From the NCBI RefSeq assembly GCF_964030745.1, contig NZ_OZ034918.1, positions 480,001 through 512,000 on the forward strand: 32,000 bases of DNA, in the 5' to 3' direction. The position numbers were made by a program, and so were the translations under genes. The stretch's first letter is position 1. Each line of letters begins with the position of its first letter. The notes under the pieces are model-generated. The model was not told the DNA's origin. It did not search any database and saw only the letters and a list, made by a program, of their open reading frames with translations. The stretch comes from Candidatus Saccharimonadota bacterium (lineage in GTDB: Bacteria; Bacteroidota; Bacteroidia; Cytophagales; Amoebophilaceae). This document shows positions 7,167-15,703 of the stretch, piece after piece.

Positions 7167-8738
7167 TTAGCCATCCAGGTTTGAAAGCGGTTTAGTGTGC
7201 ATGCTTCGCTTAATGAACTGTTTTATCTTTAGATAAAAAGCATACCAATCGGTTGAACATAACCCTCTACCTTGATGGGCCTTTGCCAAAAAGAAGCAGC
7301 AAAAGGGGAATAAAACAAAATTAGGCAACCAAACACCTACAAAAGGGGAAATAGTGCCTGCTACAGCCCAATCTCTGCCTAATATAGAAAGAATATACTC
7401 CAGGAGTATAAAAAAGAAACTAATGCATACAGATATGCCAAATCCACCTCGCCTAATAATGCAGCCTAAAGGAGCTGCTAGTAAAAACACAATGACACAC
7501 CGCATGGCTACTGCAAAGCGATGTTCCTTTTCATATAAAGCATCGTTTAGGGTTTCATTAAAGAGATTCATATAATCTTTTTGGGTTATTAAGGCGTTTT
7601 TGATTTTTCTTACAGACCGTAAGGATTCTTGAATAACGCGTTGTGGTAAGACATCGTCATGAGGCCAGGTAACAGATGCAGTATTGGAATCGTTTTTTTT
7701 CCCTACAAGCTGGTCTCTAAACAATATAAAATCTGCATTTTTAGCTGTTTCTTGAACAGACGATGTAGATGCGCTCAACTCATGGCTGCCCGACTGAATG
7801 GTAGGCTGTTCTATGCAATGGTAACGACTGGCTTGCCCAGCAAGAACCTTTTTACTGTTTTGCTCCTGGCTTAACACTTCTTGCGATCTCTCTTCAATCA
7901 TTTTTTTTAGGTATGGACGGGTTCTTGTCCTTGGATCATGTGCAAATTTAGCATTTGTGCTGCCAAGTTTAAGGGCGTCTAAACTAATCCTTATCTTTTG
8001 GCTGGAAAAATTACTTCTATAAAAAGAGGATTTTTGATCTGGTTTGCCATGGGTAGACTTAGCAGGCAAAGGCTCTACATAGTTATGGCCATTGGTAAGT
8101 TCCATAACCAAATAGCCTTCATCTGGTGTAGTGTAAAGCCTCCCCTTTGCTGCAGTGGTTATGGAAACTGATCCATACTTTTTAGTATAATCGTAGACCA
8201 TAATCCCTTCCATATGCTCATTGTCACTTAGCTTTTTAGCTACTCGAATGCTATACCCTGGTATGTTATTGCAAAACACGCCTTCTTGAATAAATAAAGC
8301 AGATTTTTTTTTGCAGATATCGCCTACTAAAGCAAATATTTTATGCTTGCTATTGGGATAAACGTGATCCTGAAAATAAAAGAGAACACCGCTTAAAAAA
8401 AGGATAAAAAGAAAAGGCAACCGTAAGGTGCGTTGCAGAGAAAGACCTACAGAACGCATAGCTGTTAACTCAAAACTTTCAGAAAGATTACCAAAAACAA
8501 TAAGAGAGGTCATGAGAATGGCAATAGGGAAAACACTAGGAAGTTGATTGATAGACAAATAAAAAAACAACTTCGCATAAATACTGCTCCCCAACCCCTT
8601 ACCTGCAATAGCGCTAAATAGCACGAAAAAACTTTGTATAACCATTACAAACAATACCAGCCCAAGCAATAGGATAAAGGTGGTTATAAAGGTACGTAAT
8701 AGCAGTTTGTCAATTTTTTTGATAGCAATATTGCTCAT
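7167..8738 (-). CDS. LptF/LptG-family (YjgP/YjgQ) LPS export permease with a long periplasmic/linker insert (523 aa)
   Basis: N-terminal pattern LLRTFITTFILLLGLVLFVMVIQSFF...ELTAMRSVGLSL, plus C-terminal TM helices (AVAMRCVIVFLLAAPLG...). Confidence 0.8.
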   Translation of the reverse strand: MSNIAIKKIDKLLLRTFITTFILLLGLVLFVMVIQSFFVLFSAIAGKGLGSSIYAKLFFYLSINQLPSVFPIAILMTSLIVFGNLSESFELTAMRSVGLSLQRTLRLPFLFILFLSGVLFYFQDHVYPNSKHKIFALVGDICKKKSALFIQEGVFCNNIPGYSIRVAKKLSDNEHMEGIMVYDYTKKYGSVSITTAAKGRLYTTPDEGYLVMELTNGHNYVEPLPAKSTHGKPDQKSSFYRSNFSSQKIRISLDALKLGSTNAKFAHDPRTRTRPYLKKMIEERSQEVLSQEQNSKKVLAGQASRYHCIEQPTIQSGSHELSASTSSVQETAKNADFILFRDQLVGKKNDSNTASVTWPHDDVLPQRVIQESLRSVRKIKNALITQKDYMNLFNETLNDALYEKEHRFAVAMRCVIVFLLAAPLGCIIRRGGFGISVCISFFFILLEYILSILGRDWAVAGTISPFVGVWLPNFVLFPFCCFFLAKAHQGRGLCSTDWYAFYLKIKQFIKRSMHTKPLSNLDG

Positions 8739-8824
8739 TTTTGTAAATTTGTAGCTAACTTTACCCTAAATATAGGAACAATTTAAGTATTGCGCCTACT
8801 AGTAACCTACTAAACGTAATCCAT

Positions 8825-8899
8825 GGCGAGGTAGCTCAGGCGGTTTAGAGCGTCGGATTCATAACCCGAAGGTCAGGGGTTCAACTCCCCTCCTCGCTA
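8825..8899 (+). tRNA. tRNA with anticodon CAU (Met; a lysidine-modified Ile2 cannot be excluded)
   Basis: Cloverleaf folded by hand: acceptor GGCGAGG/CCTCGCT, D arm GCTC-AGGCGGTTTA-GAGC, anticodon arm TCGGA-TTCATAA-CCCGA, T arm AGGGG-TTCAACT-CCCCT, discriminator A. CCA is not encoded. Confidence 0.9.
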
Positions 8900-8939
8900 C
8901 ATAGCTGGTTATGCTTAACAAAGTGTTTTTTATACTTGG

Positions 8940-9617
8940 ATGAGGCTTGATATTATAACCTGCTGTCCCCAGTTGTTTGAAAGCCCGTTGCAACACTTTA
9001 TCTTTCAAAGGGCTATAAAACAGCAGCTTCTTGCAGTCTACATACATAATTTAAGAGATTATACACCATATAAACATGGTAAAATTGATGATCAACCCTA
9101 TGGGGGAGTTGCTGGGATGTTGTTAATGGTAGAACCCATTGCCAATTGCATTAGAACGTTGCAAAAAGAAAGAGACTATGATGAGGTGATATACATGGCC
9201 CCAGATGGTGAGCCACTGCATCAAGATCTTGTGAATAAATGTTCACTCAAGAAGCATTTGATCTTATTATGTGGCCATTATAAAGGCATAGATGAACGGA
9301 TACGTGAGCATTTTATTACACTAGAAATCAGTATTGGAGACTATGTGCTCTCTGGCGGGGAGCTGCCTGCGCTTATCTTAGCGGATGCTATGGTTCGGGT
9401 TATACCAGGTGTTATATCAGATGCTGCTTCTGCACTGACTGACTCTTTTCAAGATGGATTGGTAGCACCACCTGCTTATACAAGGCCTTACAATTTTGAG
9501 GGTAAAAAGGTCCCAGATGTACTATGCTCTGGGAATCATAAAGCTATCCAGGAATGGATGCAACAAGAAACAGTGGCCAGAACTGAAAAAAGAAGGCCGC
9601 ACCTACTGAAACAGTAG
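8940..9617 (+). CDS. trmD: tRNA (guanine37-N1)-methyltransferase TrmD
   Basis: MRLDIITCCPQLFESPL...DDQPYGGVAGMLLMVEPI...LLCGHYKGIDERI...ISIGDYVLSGGELPALILADAMVRVIPGV are classic TrmD motifs. Confidence 0.92.
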   Translation: MRLDIITCCPQLFESPLQHFIFQRAIKQQLLAVYIHNLRDYTPYKHGKIDDQPYGGVAGMLLMVEPIANCIRTLQKERDYDEVIYMAPDGEPLHQDLVNKCSLKKHLILLCGHYKGIDERIREHFITLEISIGDYVLSGGELPALILADAMVRVIPGVISDAASALTDSFQDGLVAPPAYTRPYNFEGKKVPDVLCSGNHKAIQEWMQQETVARTEKRRPHLLKQ

Positions 9618-9626
9618 CCATTGTTT

Positions 9627-10023
9627 GTATGATTCACGCCTCTGGCTGGCCGCCTTATCTCCTTCGATAAAAAGTCTGGCCCGATAGTAAATAGCTGAAT
9701 CGATATATTTTTTCAGCGGGAAAATCGTGAACTCAGCCCGCAAGCGGGCTTCAAACAGACGATTTTCTAATCCGCTGAAAAAATATATCGCTCAGGTGTT
9801 AGTGTTTTACTAGACCTCTTGCAAAACCTATTTCTAATGGCAATTTTGGTGTCGAAGCTTGTCTATGCTCCTCAAATACATTAAGTATTCTGCGGTGCTC
9901 GACTACACTTCTCCTAAAAATTGCTCATCACAAAGTAGGTTTTGCAAGAGGTCTACTAGAGCGCCATTTTTTTATCGAAGGAGACGCGGCGGCTGGTAAT
10001 GGACTAGCCACTTGCTTTTTCAG
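9627..10023 (+). repeat. P1 palindromic element interrupted by an M1 MITE
   Basis: 9627-9813 and 9954-10023 together are collinear with 5676-5926. Confidence 0.9.
9814..9953 (+). mobile_element. M1 MITE (non-autonomous, about 140 bp) flanked by duplicated TACTAG (9808-9813, 9954-9959)
   Basis: tagacctcttgcaaaaccta (9811-9830) is the exact reverse complement of 9936-9955. Uninterrupted P1 copies have a single TACTAG at this point. Confidence 0.8.
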
Positions 10024-10208
10024 CCAAACGTAGCGTATGCGTTTAACGCTATGTCCATAGTAGAAAAATGCCCCTGTAAAAAGTGGGGAAATAGGCCTCA
10101 TCCCTTGCAGATGATTAGGAAAAACAGATTCCTTTGAAGCCCGCGCAGCGGGCGACTTCTGTTTTTCCATCTGTAAGGGGTGAGGTCCCCAACTTTTTAC
10201 CGAGGGCT
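10024..10208 (+). repeat. P2 hairpin element whose core is related to the P1 core
   Basis: Arms cctgtaaaaagtggggaaataggcctcatcccttgcagatg and catctgtaaggggtgaggtccccaactttttaccgagg flank ggaaaaacag...gaagcccgcgcagcgggcgacttctgtttttcc. Confidence 0.7.
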
Positions 10209-10209
10209 T

Positions 10210-10287
10210 GATTTTTTGTCCACTTTTTTATCAAGAAAAAAGTGGAATAAAATTCATTATTAACCAGTGACGTGAATAGATACGATT
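10210..10287 (+). repeat. Second copy of the tccac-hairpin module, followed by cagtgacgtgaatagatacgatt (the inverted copy of the P1 5' end)
   Basis: Direct comparison with 5940-6015. cgtgaatagatacgat is the reverse complement of atcgtatctattcacg at 5528-5543. Confidence 0.8.
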
Positions 10288-10301
10288 GTTTTGCTGACGT
10301 T

Positions 10302-11237
10302 TTACAAAACGCTTCCGAAGTTCCGTTGCTGTTTTTGGAAAAAGACTAAGGCTTCCATCAGATGTTCTTTTTTGAAATCCGGCCACTTTACATCCATAAA
10401 ACGTATCTCCGAGTAAGCAGACTGCCATGGTAAAAAATTGCTGATCCGCTTTTGGCCACCTGTACGTATCAGTAAGTCAATATCAGGCAACTCGCTTGTA
10501 TTTAAGTATTGCTTATATACGTCTGGCGTAATCTTAACACGATAGTTATGTGCAAATTTTATAAAGTCTTCAAAACGCGCATTACGATTAAATCCTTTGT
10601 TCTGAAACTCATCCATTATTTTAATTAAAAAATCATTTACTAGTGCTTCAGAAGCAGCTACTATTTCTGCTTTCCCTCCATAGTTAATGGCAACTGTTAA
10701 GTGTAACTGAGTATTATGCTTGGTAAGTGCTATCGCTTTTTTCAATGTATTCCAGCAAAAACTGGGAATCCCTTTTGTATCCCCCACTACACGAAATTTA
10801 ATGTTGTGTTCAGCGAAAAGGTTGATGTTTTCATCAATGCCTTCAGCAATCACTTTAAAAATGGTATTTACTTCTTGCGCTGGCCGGCTCCAATTTTCCG
10901 TAGAAAAAGCATAGAGGGTTAAATAAGAAATGTCTTGCTCTAAGCATCCAGTTATTACTTCTTTTACAGCTTGTTTTGCGTTTTTATGTCCGTAAGATCG
11001 ATCGCCTGCTTGTTTTTTCCCCCATCTGCCATTACCATCCATAATAATGGCAATGTGTTTTGGCTTTTTTTGCAAGCTGAGTGATGTATTGCCATCATAC
11101 TGATTCGAAGAAGAAGTATAGCCAGGCAATAGTGTAAATGGTAGTATGCAAATTATACATACTTTTCTCAATAGCTTGGCTGAAGTAAAAGGGAATGATT
11201 TTTTTTTATCTGCTATTACAGAAAACAGGTTACGCAT
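10302..11237 (-). CDS. uppS: Undecaprenyl-diphosphate synthase (cis-prenyltransferase) with an N-terminal extension of about 65 aa
   Basis: HIAIIMDGNGRWGKKQ...YLTLYAFSTENWSRP...DLLIRTGGQKRISNFLPWQSAYSEI. The extension contains the hydrophobic stretch VCIICILPFTLLPGY. Confidence 0.9.
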   Translation of the reverse strand: MRNLFSVIADKKKSFPFTSAKLLRKVCIICILPFTLLPGYTSSSNQYDGNTSLSLQKKPKHIAIIMDGNGRWGKKQAGDRSYGHKNAKQAVKEVITGCLEQDISYLTLYAFSTENWSRPAQEVNTIFKVIAEGIDENINLFAEHNIKFRVVGDTKGIPSFCWNTLKKAIALTKHNTQLHLTVAINYGGKAEIVAASEALVNDFLIKIMDEFQNKGFNRNARFEDFIKFAHNYRVKITPDVYKQYLNTSELPDIDLLIRTGGQKRISNFLPWQSAYSEIRFMDVKWPDFKKEHLMEALVFFQKQQRNFGSVL

Positions 11238-11420
11238 CTGGGGCTCTTTTTTATCTTAAATGAATACCAATCCAACACAGTTAGCAAAAAAGCATAGAGA
11301 AAGGACCTCACTAATGGTGAGGAAATAGGCGCAATTTAAGTAAAAATACCATGCAGTCAAAAATCCATTTTATATGTTCCCTTTCTATAACGCTACATAG
11401 CAGCGCATCAAAAGTATGTT

Positions 11421-12077
11421 TTAACTTGACCCTAAGTGTGATCGCTGGCATGCAATATGGCCTACAATATTATTAATTAATTTAGTAGCATCACCATCCT
11501 GTTGATTGAGCTGAAGGTAGGGACATAGATCTAGCTGGAATGCTTGCTGGTAAGCCTTTTTAATCGCTTCAAAGCGTTTTTGGGGCATTTGATCAAATAG
11601 GTCCTGTTTGTTTCTAGTCTGATTACGCAATTTAAACCTATCAAAGTCGATGTCGCAGTATATGCATAAATCTGGCATTAAGCCAGAAAAAGTACGATGT
11701 GTCGTTAAAAAAGGCTCCCAGTACCTGGATTTATCTGTTAGTTGATAGGCTATAGTAGAAAAAATAAATCGATCAAAGATAACCACATCTATATCATCTG
11801 CTAGTGCTTCTTTATGGATCAATTCATTGCGTGCCGCTAAAAATAGGAAAAACTCTGTGATAGGATGGACATCTTTGTTTTTCAGTGTTAGGATGGTGTT
11901 CCAAATCATTTCCGTATTGTTACTTCCTTTAGGATCATGTAGCAACTTTACGCGATAAGATTGGTCACGTAAGATGGATTGGATTTGATGCGCCAAAGTT
12001 GTTTTTCCAGAGCAGTCTACTCCTTCAATGGCGAGAATAAAGGGGCCACGCTGCTTAGAGTTTATGAAATGTCCCAT
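11421..12077 (-). CDS. tmk: dTMP (thymidylate) kinase-like protein
   Basis: P-loop ILAIEGVDCSGKTTL, FDRFIFSTIAYQ (DRY-like motif), MPDLCIYCDID lid region, 218 aa. Confidence 0.7.
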   Translation of the reverse strand: MGHFINSKQRGPFILAIEGVDCSGKTTLAHQIQSILRDQSYRVKLLHDPKGSNNTEMIWNTILTLKNKDVHPITEFFLFLAARNELIHKEALADDIDVVIFDRFIFSTIAYQLTDKSRYWEPFLTTHRTFSGLMPDLCIYCDIDFDRFKLRNQTRNKQDLFDQMPQKRFEAIKKAYQQAFQLDLCPYLQLNQQDGDATKLINNIVGHIACQRSHLGSS

Positions 12078-12243
12078 AGCTATTTTACGATTAAGGCTAA
12101 AAAATCAATTATACATCTAAAAATATAAATAAATCCACGACCCATTCAAAAATCAAATTTTCCTTAAAATTGGGTATATTGTGGTCTGGCCATTCAGTAG
12201 ACCCTCTAGTGATAAAAGTAGTGCGGAAATAATTTTATAAATC

Positions 12244-13110
12244 ATGAGCGCTATTCAAGATTTTTTTTCCTTCTCTGATCCTAATGTGCGCAACGTGCTC
12301 TTGGGAACCATCTTGCTGAGTACTAGTAGCGCGATGATTGGCACATTTGCCCTCTTAAAACGAAAGACCTTAATTAGTGATGCCATTGCACATGGAGTAC
12401 TGCCTGGTGTCTGTTTGGCTTTTTTTCTAACGGGAGAAAAAAGCTCTATTTGGCTTGTTATAAGTGCTTTTGTTACAGGCTGGCTGGCTTCTATAGCGAT
12501 CGATCAAATCACAGCTCACTCAAAAATAAAACATGATGCAGCCATTGCTATTGTGGCTTCTGTCACTTTTGGATTGGGTAGTTTTTTGCTATCTATGCTG
12601 CAACATAGTGGCCAAGCAAGCCAAGGGGGGTTAAAATCATTTTTACTGGGTAGTGCAGCTACCCTACTACGGGAGGATGTGGTGGTATTGCTGTGGTTGA
12701 GTTGCAGCATCATTTTAATTTTATTTTTGTTTTTTAAAGAGTTTATGGTCATTGCTTTCGATCGCCTTTTTGCCAAATCAATAGGCCTGCCTGTAAAAAA
12801 AATGGATTTTTTATTTACCAGTTTAATGGTTCTGGACATTGTAATTGGCATCAGGGCGGTAGGTGTGGTGTTAATGAGCGCCATGCTCATTACGCCAGCT
12901 ACTACTGCACGATTCTGGACGGCTAAGATGACTTATATCATGCTGTTTGCTGCCTTGATTGCATTTTTTGCTTCTTTAGCAGGAACCTTTATTTCTTATG
13001 TAATCCCCTCTATGCCTACCGGACCTTGGATTGTACTCATTATGTCACTGATAGCTTATTGTTCTTTTCTTATTGCTTGGTATTGTCGAATGGCCAAAAA
13101 AAACAGGTAA
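12244..13110 (+). CDS. Metal (Zn/Mn/Fe) ABC transporter permease, ABC-3 family
   Basis: About 8 TM helices. The N-terminal LLGTILLSTSSAMIGTFALLKRKTLISDAIAHGVLPGV is typical of ZnuB/MntB/TroCD permeases. Confidence 0.8.
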   Translation: MSAIQDFFSFSDPNVRNVLLGTILLSTSSAMIGTFALLKRKTLISDAIAHGVLPGVCLAFFLTGEKSSIWLVISAFVTGWLASIAIDQITAHSKIKHDAAIAIVASVTFGLGSFLLSMLQHSGQASQGGLKSFLLGSAATLLREDVVVLLWLSCSIILILFLFFKEFMVIAFDRLFAKSIGLPVKKMDFLFTSLMVLDIVIGIRAVGVVLMSAMLITPATTARFWTAKMTYIMLFAALIAFFASLAGTFISYVIPSMPTGPWIVLIMSLIAYCSFLIAWYCRMAKKNR

Positions 13111-13125
13111 ATATGTTGTTGTGTA

Positions 13126-13587
13126 ATGATGTCACTTACCTTGCCTTCCTTTGATTATAAGACCAAAAGAGTATTAGATAAAATCTATATTTTAGATCTG
13201 GTGCGTAAAAAATATGTATTGCTTACACCAGAAGAATGGGTACGCCAGCATATGTTGCATTACTTAATGCACCACCTCTCTTATCCTAAGGGATTGTGTT
13301 GTTTGGAAAAAAGAATATATAGTGGTACAAGGTACTACAGACCTGATATTATACTGTGCGATAAATTTGGTGTGGCTAAAATGGTGGTAGAATGTAAAGC
13401 TCCTTACATCGCATTGACCAACCAAACCTTAGGGCAAACGATGCAATACAACCGACAGCTTACTGTCGATTATCTGCTGGTCACCAACGGTATAAACCAC
13501 TTTTGTTGGCAGTGGAGAGAAACCTTAAGACAATTTCAGGCAATAAGCTACATTCCAAGCTACCAAACCTGCATGGCGGCTAGTTAG
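13126..13587 (+). CDS. HsdR N-terminal (PD-(D/E)xK-like, HSDR_N_2) domain-only protein
   Basis: EEWVRQHMLHYL...YYRPDIILCDKFGVAKMVVECKAP...YLLVTNGINHFCW matches the stand-alone HsdR_N family common in Bacteroidota (from memory). Confidence 0.65.
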   Translation: MMSLTLPSFDYKTKRVLDKIYILDLVRKKYVLLTPEEWVRQHMLHYLMHHLSYPKGLCCLEKRIYSGTRYYRPDIILCDKFGVAKMVVECKAPYIALTNQTLGQTMQYNRQLTVDYLLVTNGINHFCWQWRETLRQFQAISYIPSYQTCMAAS

Positions 13588-13595
13588 CTTGCATA

Positions 13596-13692
13596 AAAAG
13601 CAAGCCGAGTATCGCGCTGCTACAACCACTTTACCCTTGCTTCCTTCCAGACCTGGGGGGATTGAGTAGGAGCTAGCCGTACCGGCTTGCCA
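13596..13692 (-). ncRNA. ffs: Signal recognition particle RNA (4.5S, small bacterial SRP RNA)
   Basis: The minus strand reads GGCAAGCCGGUACGGCUAGCUCCUACUCAAUCCCCCCAGGUCUGGAAGGAAGCAAGGGUAAAGUGGUUGUAGCAGCGCGAUACUCGGCUUGCUUUUU. It contains the conserved domain IV core CAGGUCNGGAAGGAAGCA with a GGAA tetraloop. The terminal helix is GCAAGCCG/CGGCUUGC. Confidence 0.8.
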
Positions 13693-13753
13693 TGTCAAAC
13701 TTAAGACTTTTTTCTGAAATTAAAAAGTTCTTAAGGAAAAAGTGACTAGATGA

Positions 13754-15565
13754 CTAGGCATCTAGTAAACTATCTATATAGCCTTTTATAAATGCTGCCA
13801 ACGAGGTTCCTTCTAAAAGACCTTGCGCCAATAAAGCCAAGTGATAGCTCTGCTCCACCAATGTTTTTTGGACCATTTCATCGCTAATGGTTAGGATTTT
13901 TTTTGCCAAGGGATGGTTCCCGTTAATGGCTACATGCATTGATCGGAACGTCTTTTGTTTGGCCTCATTGCCTTGTGTAAACTGTGCCATACGCTTGAGA
14001 TGCTCAGAAGTTATAAAGGCAACAGGTAGCTCCTCTGGCAACATAGCAGCTACATTCCAAGTAGTTTGCTCAGCACCAATAGTGGTTTCGTAAATAGATT
14101 TCAACTTTTCTCTCTCTGCTTCTGTGAGGGTATGCGTGATGGCCTCTTCTTTTTCAATGAGATTGCCGATGGTGTCGGTGTCAATACCTTTGAATGTAAC
14201 CTTATCCAATTTATGTTCTGCAAAATTGATAAAGTTCGTATCAATTGGGCTATTTAGGACCAATGTATCATACCCTTTTTGTTGTGCGGTTTGTAGGTAA
14301 GTAGCCTGTTTTTGAGGATCTGTTGTATAGAGTACTACCAAGTTGCCATGTTTATCAGTTTGATTTTTAGCTATTCTATCTTTGTACTCACCAATGGTAT
14401 AGTATTGACCAGTTGTGTTTTGTAATAGTACAATGTCTCTGATCCGCTCATCAAACTTAGGATCTGTGATCATACCATACTTGATGAAAAGCGAAATATC
14501 ATTCCATTTGGCCTGGTAAGCTTGGCGATCTTGCGCAAAGAGGGTTTCTAATTTTTCTGCTACCTTTTTAGCAATGTATGTGTTAATTTTTTTAACATTA
14601 CTATCTGCCTGTAAAGCACTCCTAGATACATTGAGTGGTATATCAGGTGAGTCAATAATACCATGTAGCAAACGTAAAAAGTCTGGAATCACTTCTTTTA
14701 CATCATTGGTAATAAATACCTGTCTTGCATAGAGCTGAATCGTTTCTTTTTGTTCAAAATAGTTGGCTGCTTTAGGGAAATAAAGTATACCTGTTAATGT
14801 AAATGGATAATCAATGCTTAAGTGAATCCAAAAAAGCGGATCTTCTGCAAAAGGGTAGAGTTCTTTATAAAATTTAAGGTAGTCTTCAGATTGTAAGTCT
14901 GCCGGTCGCTTGATCCATAGGGGCATGGTATCATTGATTACTTTTTTATCAAATAGGATTTCTATTGGTAAAAAGCGGCAGTGTTTATTCAAAATAGCGT
15001 GAATACGTGCTGGTTCCAAAAATTCTTCGGCATCTTCCGCAAGATGCAAAATAACCTCTGTACCCACTTCACTTTTTTCAGTAGGATGTATTTCGAAATT
15101 CGTGCTGCCATCACAACTCCAGTGGGTTGCTTGGCTGCCTGCTTGATAGGATTTCGTAATAATTTCAACTTTTTTAGCTACCATAAAGGCTGAGTAAAAG
15201 CCCAATCCAAAAAAGCCAATGAGTTGATGTTGGTCTACTTGTTCTTTATATTTTTCTACAAATGCAGCGGCGCCAGAAAAGGCAATTTGGTTAATATATT
15301 GCTTGATTTCATCAGCCGTCATGCCTAATCCACCATCTTTAATGGTTAGTGTTTTAGCAGATGGATCAAGCAATACCTCCACCTGTAATGTATCCGTAGC
15401 GCCCTCGTAGAGGCCCATAGCAGCTAGCTTTTTAAGCTTTTGAACTGCGTCAACCCCATTGGCGACTAACTCTCTTAAGAAGATATCCTGGTCGGAGTAA
15501 AGAAATTTTTTAATAATCGGAAATATATTTTCAGTATGTACCGATATGGTTCCTTTTTCGTTCAT
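13754..15565 (-). CDS. htpG: Molecular chaperone HtpG (Hsp90)
   Basis: FLRELVANGVDA...IKDGGLGMT...IGFFGLGFYSAFMVA...SPDIPLNVSRS, 603 aa. Confidence 0.95.
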   Translation of the reverse strand: MNEKGTISVHTENIFPIIKKFLYSDQDIFLRELVANGVDAVQKLKKLAAMGLYEGATDTLQVEVLLDPSAKTLTIKDGGLGMTADEIKQYINQIAFSGAAAFVEKYKEQVDQHQLIGFFGLGFYSAFMVAKKVEIITKSYQAGSQATHWSCDGSTNFEIHPTEKSEVGTEVILHLAEDAEEFLEPARIHAILNKHCRFLPIEILFDKKVINDTMPLWIKRPADLQSEDYLKFYKELYPFAEDPLFWIHLSIDYPFTLTGILYFPKAANYFEQKETIQLYARQVFITNDVKEVIPDFLRLLHGIIDSPDIPLNVSRSALQADSNVKKINTYIAKKVAEKLETLFAQDRQAYQAKWNDISLFIKYGMITDPKFDERIRDIVLLQNTTGQYYTIGEYKDRIAKNQTDKHGNLVVLYTTDPQKQATYLQTAQQKGYDTLVLNSPIDTNFINFAEHKLDKVTFKGIDTDTIGNLIEKEEAITHTLTEAEREKLKSIYETTIGAEQTTWNVAAMLPEELPVAFITSEHLKRMAQFTQGNEAKQKTFRSMHVAINGNHPLAKKILTISDEMVQKTLVEQSYHLALLAQGLLEGTSLAAFIKGYIDSLLDA

Positions 15566-15703
15566 GGCTAATATTTAATTAGGGTTAAATCTATCTATGT
15601 AGGCTGTATTGCACAGCCAGGCCTGGCTAAATATCTCTAATAGTAGCTAAGTTTTTAACTTTGTTACTAGCCATTGATCCACAAAAATCATGCCAATGCA
15701 TCT

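Noticed and set aside
8825-9617. Functional link between the tRNA-Met(CAU) gene and trmD 40 nt downstream
   Set aside because: TrmD methylates G37 of tRNAs reading CNN/CCN/CGG-type codons (Leu, Pro, Arg), not tRNA-Met. The adjacency is most simply coincidental or just co-transcription.
9928-10428. Track ORFs 9928..10170(-) and 10231..10428(-)
   Set aside because: The first is assembled from MITE/P1/P2 repeat sequence and is not conserved in the other repeat copies. The second overlaps the uppS 3' end out of frame.
13126-13587. HsdR_N-domain protein as evidence of a type I restriction-modification or defence locus
   Set aside because: It is a 153-aa domain-only protein, with no helicase/ATPase part and no hsdM or hsdS nearby. 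This stand-alone family is widespread in Bacteroidota.
15675-15683. TGATCCACA (8/9 DnaA box) upstream of htpG
   Set aside because: It is a single isolated near-consensus 9-mer, which is expected by chance at roughly this frequency. There is no cluster and no AT-rich unwinding element.
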